A stretch of DNA of 64,000 nt from the human T2T-CHM13v2.0 reference genome, Homo sapiens (GCF_009914755.1 NC_060941.1); one strand, 5' to 3'; shown: positions 44,090-61,658, counted from the stretch's first letter. Numbers and translations are program-made. The notes: a model not told the origin generated them from the sequence alone.

Positions 44090-44844
44090 TAAGAGGTATT
44101 TATAATTTATATTGACAGGTAACTGATTACAATATCTGACATGAAAATTCTTTAGACCAAGATCATTTGTCTAGTTTTTGATAGGGAATTCTTGGAACTC
44201 AATGAAGTATTTGTTTTTTGTACTGCAGCAGAACTCAAACTGCTATCTAAGAAAAAATTTAAGTGGTATTATTCTAAAGCAAGAGTTTTGGTTAAACACA
44301 TCAAATTTCACATCAGGATATGACTTTTATATCTGCTACTTGTATGGTTTCATAAAGTTTATGACTCTTATTTAAATCAGAAAACTTGCTTTAAAACAAA
44401 ACAATACGAAAACAATCTCCCCTTTTATCTCACATCATTTTAAAATTACTACCCCCTTTCACTGCTTCACTTCACAACATAACCGCTCAAAGAGTTGTTT
44501 ACCCACCAGATGATTACATCATTACCTCCCATTCACATTTTTTAAAAGTTCCTTGTTAAATACAGAATATACTCAAAAGAATATTTATATGTATGATATA
44601 AAGAATAAATGCACAAATAAACAAATGTATCCATGTACCTACCACCCAGCTTAAGAAAGAGATTACTAGAACCTTTGAAAACTTCCCTGATCCCATTCTC
44701 TGTGAAAACACAACATATCAAAATTTTAGCATCCCTAAAGCAGTACTTAAAGAGAAATTTATATCACGAAACACCTATATTAGGAACGAAGAAAGTTCTC
44801 AAACTAATGACCCCAGCTTCCACCTTAAGAAACTAGAAAAGGAC

Positions 44845-45150
44845 AGGGTCTGGTGGCTCGCTCCTATAATCCCAGCACTTTGGGAGGCCAAGGCAGGTAG
44901 ATCACTTGAGCCCGGAAATTCAAGACCAGCCTGGGCAACACAGTGAGACCCCATCTCTACAAAAAACACAACAATTAGCCAGGTTTGGTGGCACACACCT
45001 GTAATCCCAGCTACTTAGGAGGCTAAGGTGGGAGGACTGCCTGAGCCTGGGAAGTCAAGGCTGCAGTGAGCCGTGACCATGCCACTGCACTCCAGCCTAG
45101 GTGACAGATCGAGACTCTGTTTCAAAAAGAAAAAAAAAAAAAAAAAACTA
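44845..45150 (+). mobile_element. Alu (AluJ-like)
   Basis: Dimeric Alu. Confidence 0.9.
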
Positions 45151-45340
45151 AAAAAGGAAGCACAAATGAAACCTAATATAAGCAAAAGAAAGGAAATAAT
45201 TAGGATGAAAGTGGAAATTAGTCAAATGACAAATGTCAGAAATGAGAAAATTTATATCACTACAGATTCTACAGATATTAAAAAGAATAACAAATGAATA
45301 TTATGATCGACTTTATGACAATAAAGTTGAAACTGTTGAT

Positions 45341-45549
45341 CAGAAGTTAGTAAACTTTCTGCAAAAGGCCAGTTAATATTTTTCAGGCCATACCATTTCT
45401 TTTCCAACTATTCAACTCTGCCACTGTAACACAAAAATAGCCACAGACAATATATAGACAAATGAGTATGGCCACATTCCAACAAAACTTTATTTACCAA
45501 AACAGGCAGCAAATCAGATTTAGCTCATAGATAGTAGTTGATGATCCTA
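45341..45549. mobile_element. MER58-like hAT element
   Basis: ctattcaactctgccactgtaac...gccacattccaacaaaactttatttaccaaaacaggc. Confidence 0.7.
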
Positions 45550-45967
45550 ACTTAGATGAAGTGGACAAATTCTTGAAAGACTACAAACCACTAAAGCTCA
45601 CTCAAAAAAAACAAAACCTTTATAGCCCTACGTCTATTAAAAAAATTGAATGTGTCATTAAAAGCTTTCCCACAAAGAAAACTCCAGGCTCAGATGGCTT
45701 TATTGACAGTCTACCAACATTTAAGAAAGAAATAATACAAATAATACCAATTCTCCACAACAACTTTACACTTTCAGAAATTTGAACAAGAAGAAAAACT
45801 TTCCAATTCACTCTATGAGTACAGCATTGTTCTAACACCAAAAAAGATAAAAGCATTACAAGAAAAAATATACACAGACCAATACCCCTTATGAATACAT
45901 ATGTAAAAATTCTTAACAAAATTTTAGCCAATTAAATCAAATAATACATAAAAAGGAGAATACACAT

Positions 45968-46445
45968 AGTACCATTATTCACAATAGCCAAAAGGTAAAT
46001 GCAACACGTTTCCAATAATAGACAAATAAAATGTGGTATATACATACAATAGAATATTATTCAATGGTAAAAAGGAAGGAAATTCTGGCACATGCTACAA
46101 CATGAATGAGCCTTGATGACACTATGCAAAGTGAAATAAGCCAGACAAAGGACAAAAACTGTATGATTCCAATTATATGAGATACATAGAGTAAACTCAT
46201 AGAGACAGAAAGTAGAATGGTGGTTACCCAGGGCTGGGGAGGTGGGTAGGGAATGGAGAGATATTGTTTAATGGGTTCAGAGTTTCAGTTTTGCAAGGAA
46301 AAAAAGTTCTGGAGATGGGTGGTGATAATGGTTAGACAACATTGTGAATGCACTTACTAACACTGAACTGTACACTTAAAAATTGTTAAACTGTAAATTT
46401 TATGTTATGTATATTTATCACAATTTAAAAAATAATTTTAAAAAA
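45968..46445 (+). mobile_element. L1MA/MB-like 3' end nested in the older L1
   Basis: cattattcacaatagccaaaagg...cactgaactgtacacttaaaaattgttaaa. Confidence 0.8.
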
Positions 46446-46568
46446 ATGTAATCCATTAATTTTTTAAAAAGTAAAATGCATTATAACTAAGTATGGTTTA
46501 TCCCAAGAATGTAAGGTTTGACATTTGAATCAATCAATGTAATTTACTGTACGAGAAAACTAAACGAG

Positions 46569-46869
<301 letters not shown>

Positions 46870-46918
46870 TCATATGATCATCTCAATAGATGCACAAGAA
46901 GCATTTGGCATTTATTCT

Positions 46919-47256
<338 letters not shown>

Positions 47257-47866
47257 TGATTAAAAACTGTCAGCAAACTAGGTGCAGAAGGGAGAACTTC
47301 CTCAACCTGATAAAAACCTATAGCTAACATCATACATAATGGAGAAAGATTGAATGCTTTCCCCCTAAGATCAGCGATGAGGAAAGGATGTCCATTCTCA
47401 TTATTTCTAGTCAACATTATACTGGAGGTTCTGGCCCATGAAATAAGGGAGAAAATTTTAAAATATCCATATTGGAGAGCAAAAAGTATAACTGTATAGC
47501 AGACAATGTAATCACTTATATAGATAATTCAATGAAGCCTATAAGAAAGCTAATTGTGATTTAGCAAGGTTGCAGAATTCAAGATCAATGTACAAAAATA
47601 AAATATATTTCTATATATTAGCAACTAACAATCAGAAATGGAAATTTTAAAAATAGCATATACAATAGCAACAAAATACATAAAATATATAGAGATAAAT
47701 ATGGAAAAAAGTATGTGAGGCTCATATACTAAGATCTATGAAATATTGCTGAGATAAATTCAAGAAGACTCAAATAGATAAGATGATATTCATGAGTTAG
47801 AAGGCTCATTATTAAAATATCAACTATCTCCAAATTGGTCTACAGATTTAATAAAATTCCAATCAA

Positions 47867-48313
<447 letters not shown>

Positions 48314-48863
48314 TTATTATAAAGCTACAGTCGTCAGGACAGTATGATATTAACATTAAAATAGACAAATGCATCAGTAGGACAGAAAAAAGAGCACAGA
48401 AATAGAACCACACAAATATGAAAAACTGATTTTTTATACACGAGAAAAGGCAATTCGGTGGTGAAAGTAAAGTCTTTTCAGCAAATAAGACTAAAACAAT
48501 CTGATACCTTTATATGAAAAAAATGAACTTGTATCCATACTTGCACCATATACAAAATTTAACTTAAAATGAATCACAGACCTAAATGTAAAACATAAGA
48601 CTGTAACACTTTTAGAGGAAAATCTTTATGACCCTAGGTTAGGTAAAGATTTTTCAGATACCACACCAAAAGCATAATCCATGACAGAATAAAAATAATA
48701 AATTAGACTTCATCAAAATTAAGAACTTCTCTTTGAAAGGCACTGTTAATAATAAAATAAGCCACAGAGGAGAAAAATTTGCCAATTATATATCTGAAAA
48801 AGCACTTGTACCCAAATTATATACAAAGAACTCTCAAACTCAACAATAGTATACTAACACAAA

Positions 48864-49184
48864 TTTTTTTCTTTTCTTTTCTTCTCTTTTTTTTTTTTCT
48901 GGAAACAGGGTCTCACTCTGACGCCCAGGCTGGAGTGCAGTGGTGTGATCATAGCTCACTGTAACCTCAGACTCTTGGGACTCAAGTGATATTCCTGCCT
49001 CAGCCTCCTAAGTAGCTGGAACTACAGGTACAGGCCACCACGCCTGGCTATTTGTGTGTGTGTGTGTAGAGGCATGGTCTTGCTATGTTGCCCAGGCTGG
49101 TTTCCAACTCCTGGGCTCAAGCAATCCTCCCATCTTGGCCTCCCAAAGTGCTGGAATTACAGGTGAGAGCCACTGTGCATGGCC
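48864..49184 (-). mobile_element. Alu (AluJ-like)
   Basis: Reverse Alu. Confidence 0.88.
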
Positions 49185-49278
49185 AACAATCCAATTATTT
49201 AAAAGGGCAAAAGATTTAAACAGAAAATTCACCAGATATACAAAGGGCAAATAAACACATTAAAAGATGCTCAACATG

Positions 49279-50082
<804 letters not shown>

Positions 50083-50177
50083 TATACATATATACATACA
50101 TAGGTGTGTGTGTATATATATATACATATATACACACATATACATGAGGTTCATATCAATCACAAGAAAGAGCTTAC

Positions 50178-50325
50178 CATCTTCAATGGCATTTTTGATA
50201 GCACGAAGTCCATCTCTTATGGCATCCTTGACTTGTGTGAGAGTATGCTTATTTGGTCCTTTAACCAACAAGGTAACAGAGCAAGGGTTAACACACTCCT
50301 CAATAAAAGTGAACTTTTCTTCACC
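50178..50325 (-). CDS. CCT6B: CCT6B exon 10 (148 nt): [49 protein letters not shown](G)
   Basis: Acceptor ctttag|GGT, donor G|gtaagc; overlaps ORF 49966..50271. Confidence 0.97.
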
Positions 50326-50611
50326 CTAAAGGGTGGCACAAAAATATATAACTTTAATATTTGATGTCATTATAAAATCAACAATTTATACTAGAATACA
50401 ATCTTCATTTGAATTTTTCTTATCAAGCATAACTAAGGGAGTTAAGTTATATCTGAACTCTTAACAAACATTTAGGTAAATAAACTGTAAAATCTGTTCT
50501 GTGAATTAGATCTCAAAACACAAAACATGAAATAAAAGGTCAAGTAGTATTTTTCTTTAAAAAAGGGGGCTTAGTATTCACTTTATAACCACTGTTCATA
50601 GAAATACTCAC

Positions 50612-50708
50612 TAATGTATACTCATACACAAGACCAGCATGTCCCAAGCAATCTACAGTGAGATCTTCAAAAGAATTCACGGCCATTCCACCACAAGCAA
50701 GAGAGAGT
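50612..50708 (-). CDS. CCT6B: CCT6B exon 9 (97 nt): [32 protein letters not shown]
   Basis: Acceptor tttcag|A, donor TTA|gtgagt. Confidence 0.96.
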
Positions 50709-50824
50709 CTGAAATTACATATATGTCACCATAGCTTGATTATGGAGAACATTAATACTAATTTCTCAGAGAGAAGATATCTAATGCAGAAGACTGTATT
50801 GTTACTGTATTGTATTGTTTTGGG

Positions 50825-51275
50825 TTTTTAATTGTCTAATAAAATTGTCTATATTTATCGAGTACAACATGATGATGTTTTTAAATATGTATACACTGTG
50901 GAATGGCTAAATTGAGCTAATTAACATACATATTGCCTATGTGAGGCTTGATTTAGCCATTTGTGTGATAAGAACACTTAAAATCTACTCTCAGCATTTT
51001 TCAAGAATCCAACACATTGTGCATTCTCGGGTGGGTTTGCAAAAGATTTTTAAAAAGAACAATATATTGTTATTAACTACAGTTGCCATGTTGGACAATA
51101 GATCTCTTGAATTTATTCCTCCTAACTAACTGAAATTTTGTATCCTTTGACCCACATATTCCCAGTGCCCCTCCCCTCCCACTGCCCCAGCCCCTGGTAA
51201 CCGCCATTCTACTATCTACTTCTATGAGTTCAACTTTTTTAGATTCCATATATAAAAGTGAGATCATGCTGTATT
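50825..51275 (-). mobile_element. L1MA-like 3' end in intron 8
   Basis: tatatttatcgagtacaacatg...ccattctactatctacttctatgagttcaactttttagattccatatataaaagtgagatcatg. Confidence 0.85.
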
Positions 51276-51533
51276 ATGTTGTATTGTTTTGTTTTTAAAA
51301 TCTGTTTTAAAAAGATAAAAACTTTCCTTATACTTCAACAAAGTTCTGCAGTAGGTTAACAACCTTGCTTTTTGACAGTTCAATTATTTACTGAAACTAA
51401 AAACAAAATTTGGATTTTTTTATGCCACTGTTTTGTTCAACAACATTTACACATAAGCTAAAAGGAAAACACATGGGATAGTTTCCATTTACTCTGTTAA
51501 AAACTTAGGATATATAATTATCTGCAAGCTTAC

Positions 51534-51616
51534 CTTTCCATATTTCTTCTTTTTGCTCTGCGAAGAGCTACTATTCCATGTTTTGCAAGAGAATCTAAGG
51601 AAAATGGATCAATTCC
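51534..51616 (-). CDS. CCT6B: CCT6B exon 8 (83 nt): GIDPFSLDSLAKHGIVALRRAKRRNME(R)
   Basis: Acceptor tatag|GGA, donor AG|gtaagc. Confidence 0.96.
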
Positions 51617-51658
51617 CTATAATCAAATTAACATAAAAATTATAAACATGTTTTAAAC

Positions 51659-53435
51659 CAGTATTTCTCAAACCTTTTGGTCTCAGCACCACTTTACTCT
51701 CTTAAAAATGATTAAGCACCCAAAAAGCTTTTGTTTATGTAAGCTCTATCTATAATATTTGTATTATAAAAACTGAGAAATTTTTAAAATATTTATTAAT
51801 TCATTTAAATAATAAGCCCATTTTATGTTAATACACATAACATTTTAAATGAAAATTTACTACACTTTTGAAAACAAAAATATATATAGTGAGCTAGCAG
51901 TGGCATTACTTTACATTTTTGCAAATCTCTTCAATGTTTATCTTCATAGAAAACAAATGGATTCTCATATCTCATTCAGTATTCAATTTGGAATGATATG
52001 TTATTTTGGTTCAAGTTTATGAAGAAAATCTGGCCCCACACAGATAAATATTGTAAAGGGAGTAATATTTTAATAGGCTTTTCAGATAATTATGGAAATT
52101 CTTCTTTGATACTATACCAAAACTCAGTAAGTAATAGTTTCTCAAAGGTTAGTTTCACTATGGAACCATAGCAATGAACTTTTCATACTATCTCACATTA
52201 AAACACATTGCTGTAACTTGCACACTGAATGGATTATTTATCCATGTATGATTTTATAAAAATCATGCATTTTTAGTCATGTAGATAGCATCAGTTCACT
52301 GAGTTAGGCAAAGTTTCCACATGTTGACACATTTCATATATAAAATGTTGTGTTATACATGTAGAAACTGTGTCATGTTATGCATGTGGAAACTTTGCCT
52401 ATCTCAGTGAACAAAAACTCACATTTGTTAATATCACTACTATTATCAGGAAAGTCTTTTAAGTATTGGAAAGCTGTCAAGTTCACATGGCAGATACAAG
52501 TTTTCTGAAATTCTAATTTTTTAAAAAAGTTCAAATGTTATTGACAACAAATACTGTCAGTTGTTTTAAGTCACAGAATTTCCTCATTCATTTTTGAGAG
52601 AAATCTACCAAATACCCATATCTAGATAACCACAGTTTGTCTGTCAGTCATTCTTCCAGGTAAAAGTGGCATTCCATGAAAAAGTGGCTAGTTTACCTTG
52701 CAATTTAAACAATTACACAAGTGCTCTCCTTCAAGACAACCATCATATTTTGGTATGCAATAGAAGAGCTTTGAAGTTCCCAGCCCCATAATCCCAACAC
52801 TTTGGGAGGCCAAGCCAAGAGGATCACTTGAGACCAGCCTGCACAACATGGCAATACCCAGCCTCTACGAAAAAACTTAAAAATTAGCCAGGCATGGTGA
52901 TGCACACCTGTAGTCCTGGCTACTTGGGAAGCTGAGGTGGAAAGATCACTTGGGCCCAGGAGGTCAACGCTGTAGTGAGCTATGATGGTGCCACCCAAGC
53001 ACTCCAGCTTGGATGACAGAACAAGACCCTGTCTCAAAAGAAAAAAAAAAAACAGTGCTTTGTGCATACTTCATATTTTGTCACACATAATAATAAAAGG
53101 ATGCATATTTCAGAATCAAAATTTAATAAATTAATAAGTTTTACCACTTCATCAAGACACTCTTAAATGATACTGCCTTTTTTTTTTTTCACTGTAAGTT
53201 TGCAGTGGTATAGCAATAAAGAATGCGATGACTACTAGTATAGTTTGGTGCTACTTCTTTGACTTGTACTAAGGTGCCAGCAGTTTTACAGATTGCTTTT
53301 GCAGCATCATTGCAAATGTCAACACAATGTAAAAGGTGTAATTATTATTATGAAAATAGTTTTTGACCTCACAGACTCTCTGAAAAAGTCTTAGGGATTC
53401 TTAGGGGTCCACAGACCACACTTCAAGAAATGCTT
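51659..53435 (-). mobile_element. Charlie1a-like hAT DNA transposon (near full length, with one Alu inserted)
   Basis: Ends cagtatttctcaaacctttt ... ggtccacagaccacacttcaagaaatgct; internal gactactagtatagtttggtgc. Confidence 0.8.
52782..53052 (+). mobile_element. Alu (AluJ-like, internally deleted)
   Basis: Alu text inside Charlie1a. Confidence 0.85.
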
Positions 53436-53478
53436 AAGAACATTTACAAATAACTAAAATCTAAACTTTCTTTCTCAC

Positions 53479-53638
53479 CTTTTGATTAATGACGACAAAT
53501 CCTTTATTTGACTGAGCACAGACTTTGTCCTTCAGGTCTATTATTTTTTGTACTCTATCTTCAATAAATTTTCTTTCAGCTTTTACCAATTTCTCTTTCT
53601 CTTCTGCAGTCTTATAAAAGAAACCAGAGTTCACCTCT
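53479..53638 (-). CDS. CCT6B: CCT6B exon 7 (160 nt): [53 protein letters not shown]
   Basis: Acceptor ttttag|A, donor AAG|gtgaga; apical-domain sequence. Confidence 0.96.
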
Positions 53639-53790
53639 CTAAAAGATTAATAAAAACCAGCTAGTAAAGGCAGGAGGAAAAAGGAAAAAAGATAGAAGTA
53701 GTCTACACCAAACATCTGGAAGGAAAAAGAGATTTTAAAACACCTTTAGAAAAAAAAATTCAAAAGTTATAAAGAGAAAGTAACACGCAC

Positions 53791-53901
53791 GTTTTTTCAT
53801 ATTCCAGTGAAACGTTGCAAATAAGGATAAATGCATCTTCTACTCGCTTCTTCATATCTGGATGACGGGCACCATGATCCAAAACTAATCCTTGGATCAA
53901 C
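53791..53901 (-). CDS. CCT6B: CCT6B exon 6 (111 nt): [36 protein letters not shown](T)
   Basis: Acceptor ttaatag|G, donor AC|gtgcgt; conserved GLVLDHG motif; contained in ORF 53760..53966. Confidence 0.96.
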
Positions 53902-54029
53902 CTATTAAAAATATTAATGTTTCTTACTTTGAATATATACTCTAAAATTTGGTATAAAATTATCATTGTACTATTAAAGTTACATCAATACTTCCAGGAC
54001 ACACATTGTTTCCTTGTACCAATTTTAAC

Positions 54030-54176
54030 AGTTTTTGGTGTTTTTGTTTTTTGTTTTCAGAGATGGGGGTCTTGCTATGATGTCCAGGCTGGCCACGAAC
54101 TCCTGGGCTCAAGCAATCCTCCTGCCTCAGCCTCCCAAGTAGCTGGGACTAAAGGAGTGCACCACCTCACCCACCT
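54030..54176 (-). mobile_element. Alu monomer fragment
   Basis: gagatgggggtcttgctatg...gcctcagcctcccaagtagctgggact. Confidence 0.75.
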
Positions 54177-54570
54177 CCTTGCATTGACTTTAAACCTAAC
54201 ATATAATTAGTAAAATTAGGAAAGAGAATCTACTTTAACACAGTGTGACTATGAAGTCACAATAAAAAGTCAAGCCAGAATTATTTTCTAAGTTATGTGA
54301 TTCAAAAATATGACACAGCTTATCAAGTAATGAAAGGTACGTATACAATGAGTTTCTTAGGAACATTTATTCAAAATGATTATATGGAACAACTAAAAAT
54401 TGTTAACCTAAATGTCCAACAATAGGGTATTATTCAGCAAATAATGACCCAACTATTTGATGGTTATAAAAAGTATGTAATAACATGGAAAAATATTTAT
54501 AGGGCTAGCTGATAAGCATAGAATGACAAATTGCATATGAAGCATGCCTATAACTGTTCTTTTTAACAAC

Positions 54571-54797
54571 AGACAAGGAAGGGGAACATCACACACCGGG
54601 GCCTGTTGTGGGGTGGGGGAAGCGGGGAGGGATAGCATTAGGAGATATACCTAATGTTAAATGATGAGTTAATGGGTGCAGCACACCAACATGGCACAAG
54701 TATACATATGTAACAAACCTGCACGTTGTGCACATGTACTCTAAAACTTAAAGTATAATAAAAAATATAAATAAATAAATAAATTTAAAAAAAAAAA
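54571..54797 (+). mobile_element. Short 5'-truncated L1PA 3' end
   Basis: ggggaacatcacacaccggggcctgttgtggggtgggggg...aaacctgcacgttgtgcacatgtac...aaacttaaagtataataa plus A tail. Confidence 0.92.
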
Positions 54798-55149
54798 CAA
54801 CTTGGCATTAAAAAGAAAAAAAATGGGAGGGACCTAAGAGTAGGGGTTATGCCTGGGTAGTAGGAATATAGATGATTTGGAAAGGAGGTGTTTCTTCCTG
54901 TTTTCCAAATAATCTTTCAAGAGTCAATATTTTTATAACTTTATAAAATTCATTTACAAAACATTCAGGGGATGGAATTTCTACTTATGAATCCTTTATA
55001 ACTAATTTTTGTTATATATTTTTAAACTATTTTAGTTCAACATAATTATAAGGAAGTTTTCAAAATTTTACTTTAACTAGATTACTCCACCTCTTAACAG
55101 AATGTAAACATATCTAGAAACAATAACACTATGTTCAACATTCCTCACT

Positions 55150-56705
<1,556 letters not shown>

Positions 56706-58408
56706 AAGAACTTGTTATCCTCAGCAATAGTAGGCTAACTGAGATCAGTCCTACTATCAAAAACAACTAAACATGCTGGCTTAAAAGCAAAAAAACCTTA
56801 GCAACATTGAAGAGCTATAAGATAGTATATAATCACAAGGCCAAAACTGAAATAAAACAGAAACTCCAACAGGTAAGTAGAGAACTGCAGGATCAGTAGG
56901 TTCTTTTATCTTAAAGTCATTTGACAATCCAGGCAAATCTGAACTTCGGTTTCAATGTCTTCACAATGAGAAGAAAACAGAATGAAAAGCACAGAGCTCA
57001 TCCAAGGTGGAGTGTTTACAGGAGACCCTCTTCACATTAAGTTGGAACCACAAAGGGCTACATACTCAGGATTATCCAGAAGGAAGAGCTAGAAATAATC
57101 AGCCCTCACATGGACTTACAATCGGAATTCATATCAAATGGATATTCCCAAAAACCTAAGCTGTGAATTTAATTTAAATTAGTCCCTAGGGAGGCAACAA
57201 ATGCAAATCCTCTCTGCAGAAAGGCAGCTTCATTCTAGGTCTCAAATTATTTCTACCAATACGTTTTTCAAGCACAATGAATGGCACATATGAACACAAA
57301 GCATGATGAGTGAGAACCAGTAAAATATAATAAACACCAGAAAGGGACAAGTCAAAACTTTAGATATTATAATTATCAAACATGAACATATTAAACATAT
57401 GTTTAAAGAAAGAAAAAAGGGCAAGTTTGGAAAGATTTGCAAGGAATAGAACACCATAAAAGGTAACGTGGCAGATTTAAGAAAGAACCAAATAGAACTT
57501 CTATAAATAGTAAATAAGGATATCCACACATATACACACAGATATAAAAAATTCAAGAAAACAACAGACATAAATCCATATGTCTAATAAAAGAATATTA
57601 CAATGTTTATAGCAGCACTATTAATAATGGGCAAAAAATGCAAACTACCTAAATGCCAATGAACAGCAGAATGAATAAACTGTGGTATATTAACACAAGA
57701 AAATACTAAATAGCAAAGAGAATGACCAATCTACTAATCACACAAAAATACAAATGAGTCTCACAAACAATGCTAAATGAAAAAGGTCAGAAACAAAGAG
57801 TACCTACCTTATGATTCCTTATACAAGTACAAAACATATAACAATCTATGCCGCAGAAATTCAGACTACTCTAGAAGAAATATGGCTGAAAGGAAGCAAA
57901 AGAGGGGCTTTTAAGGTACTAGTAGTTCTGTTTCTTGTGAGAGTGCTGATTACACAGATACATTTGGAAAATTAATCAAGTCATATTGCTATGATAGTTG
58001 CATTTTTCAGTGTGTGTTACACTTCATTAGAAAGTTTATTTTTAAATCAAGGGACTGGTTTTAAAGTAGAGTAGACATTGTTTAAGAGAAAATTAGCAAA
58101 CAACAAAATATATCACTAGAAATTATCCAGAATGCAACACGAAAGACAGCAAGACAAAAAGTACATAAAAAACTAAATTAAGAACATCAAGCATACATTT
58201 AACTGGAGAAGGAGAAGAAGGGATGAACAAAAGAAATGTTTAAACAGATAATGGATGGAAATTTTCCAGAATCAGATAAACGATAGCACTCAAAAAGCCA
58301 GAAAATGCCAACCAGAATAAACAAAAAGAAATCCATACCTAGCTACATCATAGTAAAAGTATACAACACCAAAGACAAAGAGAAATATCTTAACATCACC
58401 TAGGTAAA

Positions 58409-58442
58409 TAAAGGACTCATGGCTATAAAGGACTCATGGCTA
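58409..58442. repeat. Perfect tandem duplication, 17 bp x2
   Basis: taaaggactcatggcta twice. Confidence 0.95.
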
Positions 58443-58687
58443 ATTTCTGTACAGCAATAATGAAAGCTAGAAAGCAACAGAACAATATCTTCAATCAGCT
58501 GAAAGAAACTAACTGCCAACCTAGTAAACACACAATGAAAGTATCAAAGAATAAAGATAAAGGCATTTTCAGGCAAAGAAAAACTGAAAGTATGCCTCCA
58601 ACAAACTATCACTAAGGAAAATCTACAGGATGAACTTTAGGCAGAAGAAAAGGAATCCCAAATGGAAGGCTGAGATGCAAAAAGCTA

Positions 58688-59036
<349 letters not shown>

Positions 59037-59039
59037 TTA

Positions 59040-59230
59040 ATTTGCTTTTTTTATTGTAATAGCTTTTTGGGGAACAGGTGGTGTTTGGTTACATGACTAA
59101 GTTCTTTAGTGGTGATTTCTTAGATTTCGGTGCACCCATCACCCAAGCAGTGTACACTCTACCCAATGTGTAGTCTTTTATCCCTCATCCTTCTCCCACC
59201 CTTCCCCCCGGGGTCCCCAAAGTCCACTGT
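59040..59230 (-). mobile_element. L1PB-like 3' end
   Basis: tttttggggaacaggtggtgtttggttacatg...ggtgcacccatcacccaagcagtgtacact. Confidence 0.85.
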
Positions 59231-59336
59231 TAAGATGTTAAATTTTAAATCAAATATATCCATAACTGTATTAAATATAAAGGATTAAATGCTCCTGTTA
59301 ATAAAGAGTATCAGATTTAATATTTTAATCTACCTA

Positions 59337-60470
<1,134 letters not shown>

Positions 60471-60483
<13 letters not shown>

Positions 60484-60567
60484 GAAAGGAAAGGAAAGGG
60501 AGGGAGGGAAGAAGGAAGGAGGGAGGGAGGGAGGGAAAGGAAGGAAGGAAGGCAGGAAGGAAGGAAG
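60471..60567. repeat. Polypurine (GGAA/GGGA)n tract
   Basis: Directly visible. Confidence 0.9.
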
Positions 60568-61658
60568 CTAGCTAGCTGGTACAACAGCTTTTAACATGTA
60601 AAGATTTTTTAAATATAATTATCAATATCAGATAAATTATACTTTTAAAGACATTACTAGAAAAAAGTCACTTCATATCAGTACAAAAGTTCAATGCACC
60701 AGAAAATATGTAACAGTTTAAAAACTATGCATCTAAAAAGATTGTCTCAAGATATATAAAGCAAAACTCTCAAAACTAAAGTAAAATATAAACAGGTACA
60801 AAATAATATTGAAAGATATTTATACATTTCACTCAGTAATTGACAGAATAAGCAGTCAAAACATCAATAAGGATATAGAAGTTCTGAACAACAGGATTAA
60901 CAGGATACCTTGATCTTAATGGACATGTATATAAAATTGTACCTACCAACTGCAGCATACATTCTTTTCAAGTACATGAAACATTAACATAACAAAAGCT
61001 GACTATACACTGAGCCATAAAGCAAGTGTCAACAAATTTCAAAGGAGCAAAAATCTCATAGAGCATATTCTCTGACCACAATGTAATTAAGCTAGGTATC
61101 AGTAATAAGATAACTAAAATTTCCCCATGTTAAGAAACACACTTCTAGTTGAAATTAGAAAATATTTTAAACTGAATAAAAATCATAAGATTACATATCA
61201 AAACTTGAAGGATGCAGCTGAATAGTACTTTGAGAAAAATTTAAGGTCTTAAGTACTGTATTCAAAAGCAGGAGACTGAAAATTAATAACCTAAGTAGCT
61301 ATCACAATAAAACAGAAGCAGCAAAAAAGTCCCCACAAAATTCCAAAAAAGTAAATTAAATAATAAAGAGAAAGACACTGTGAAATGAAAACAAACCTCT
61401 GGGAAAAAATTATCACAACAAGGAAAGAAAGGCATAAATAACACCAGAAATAAATGGTGATACCACTACAGATCCTGCAAACAGGATCCTTATAAAAATT
61501 TTATGCCAGTAAGGATATTTATGAACACTTTATACCAAAAATTTCAGAGTTAAACAAAATGGACAAATTTCTAAGAAAACATTACTTACCAAAATGATTC
61601 AAAAAATAAGTAGAAAACCTAATTAGTCCTATAGCCATTAAGAAAATTGCATGAGTGG

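Noticed and set aside
45561-45931. L1 ORF2-like peptides
   Set aside because: Degenerate L1 fossil with multiple stops; not retrotransposition-competent.
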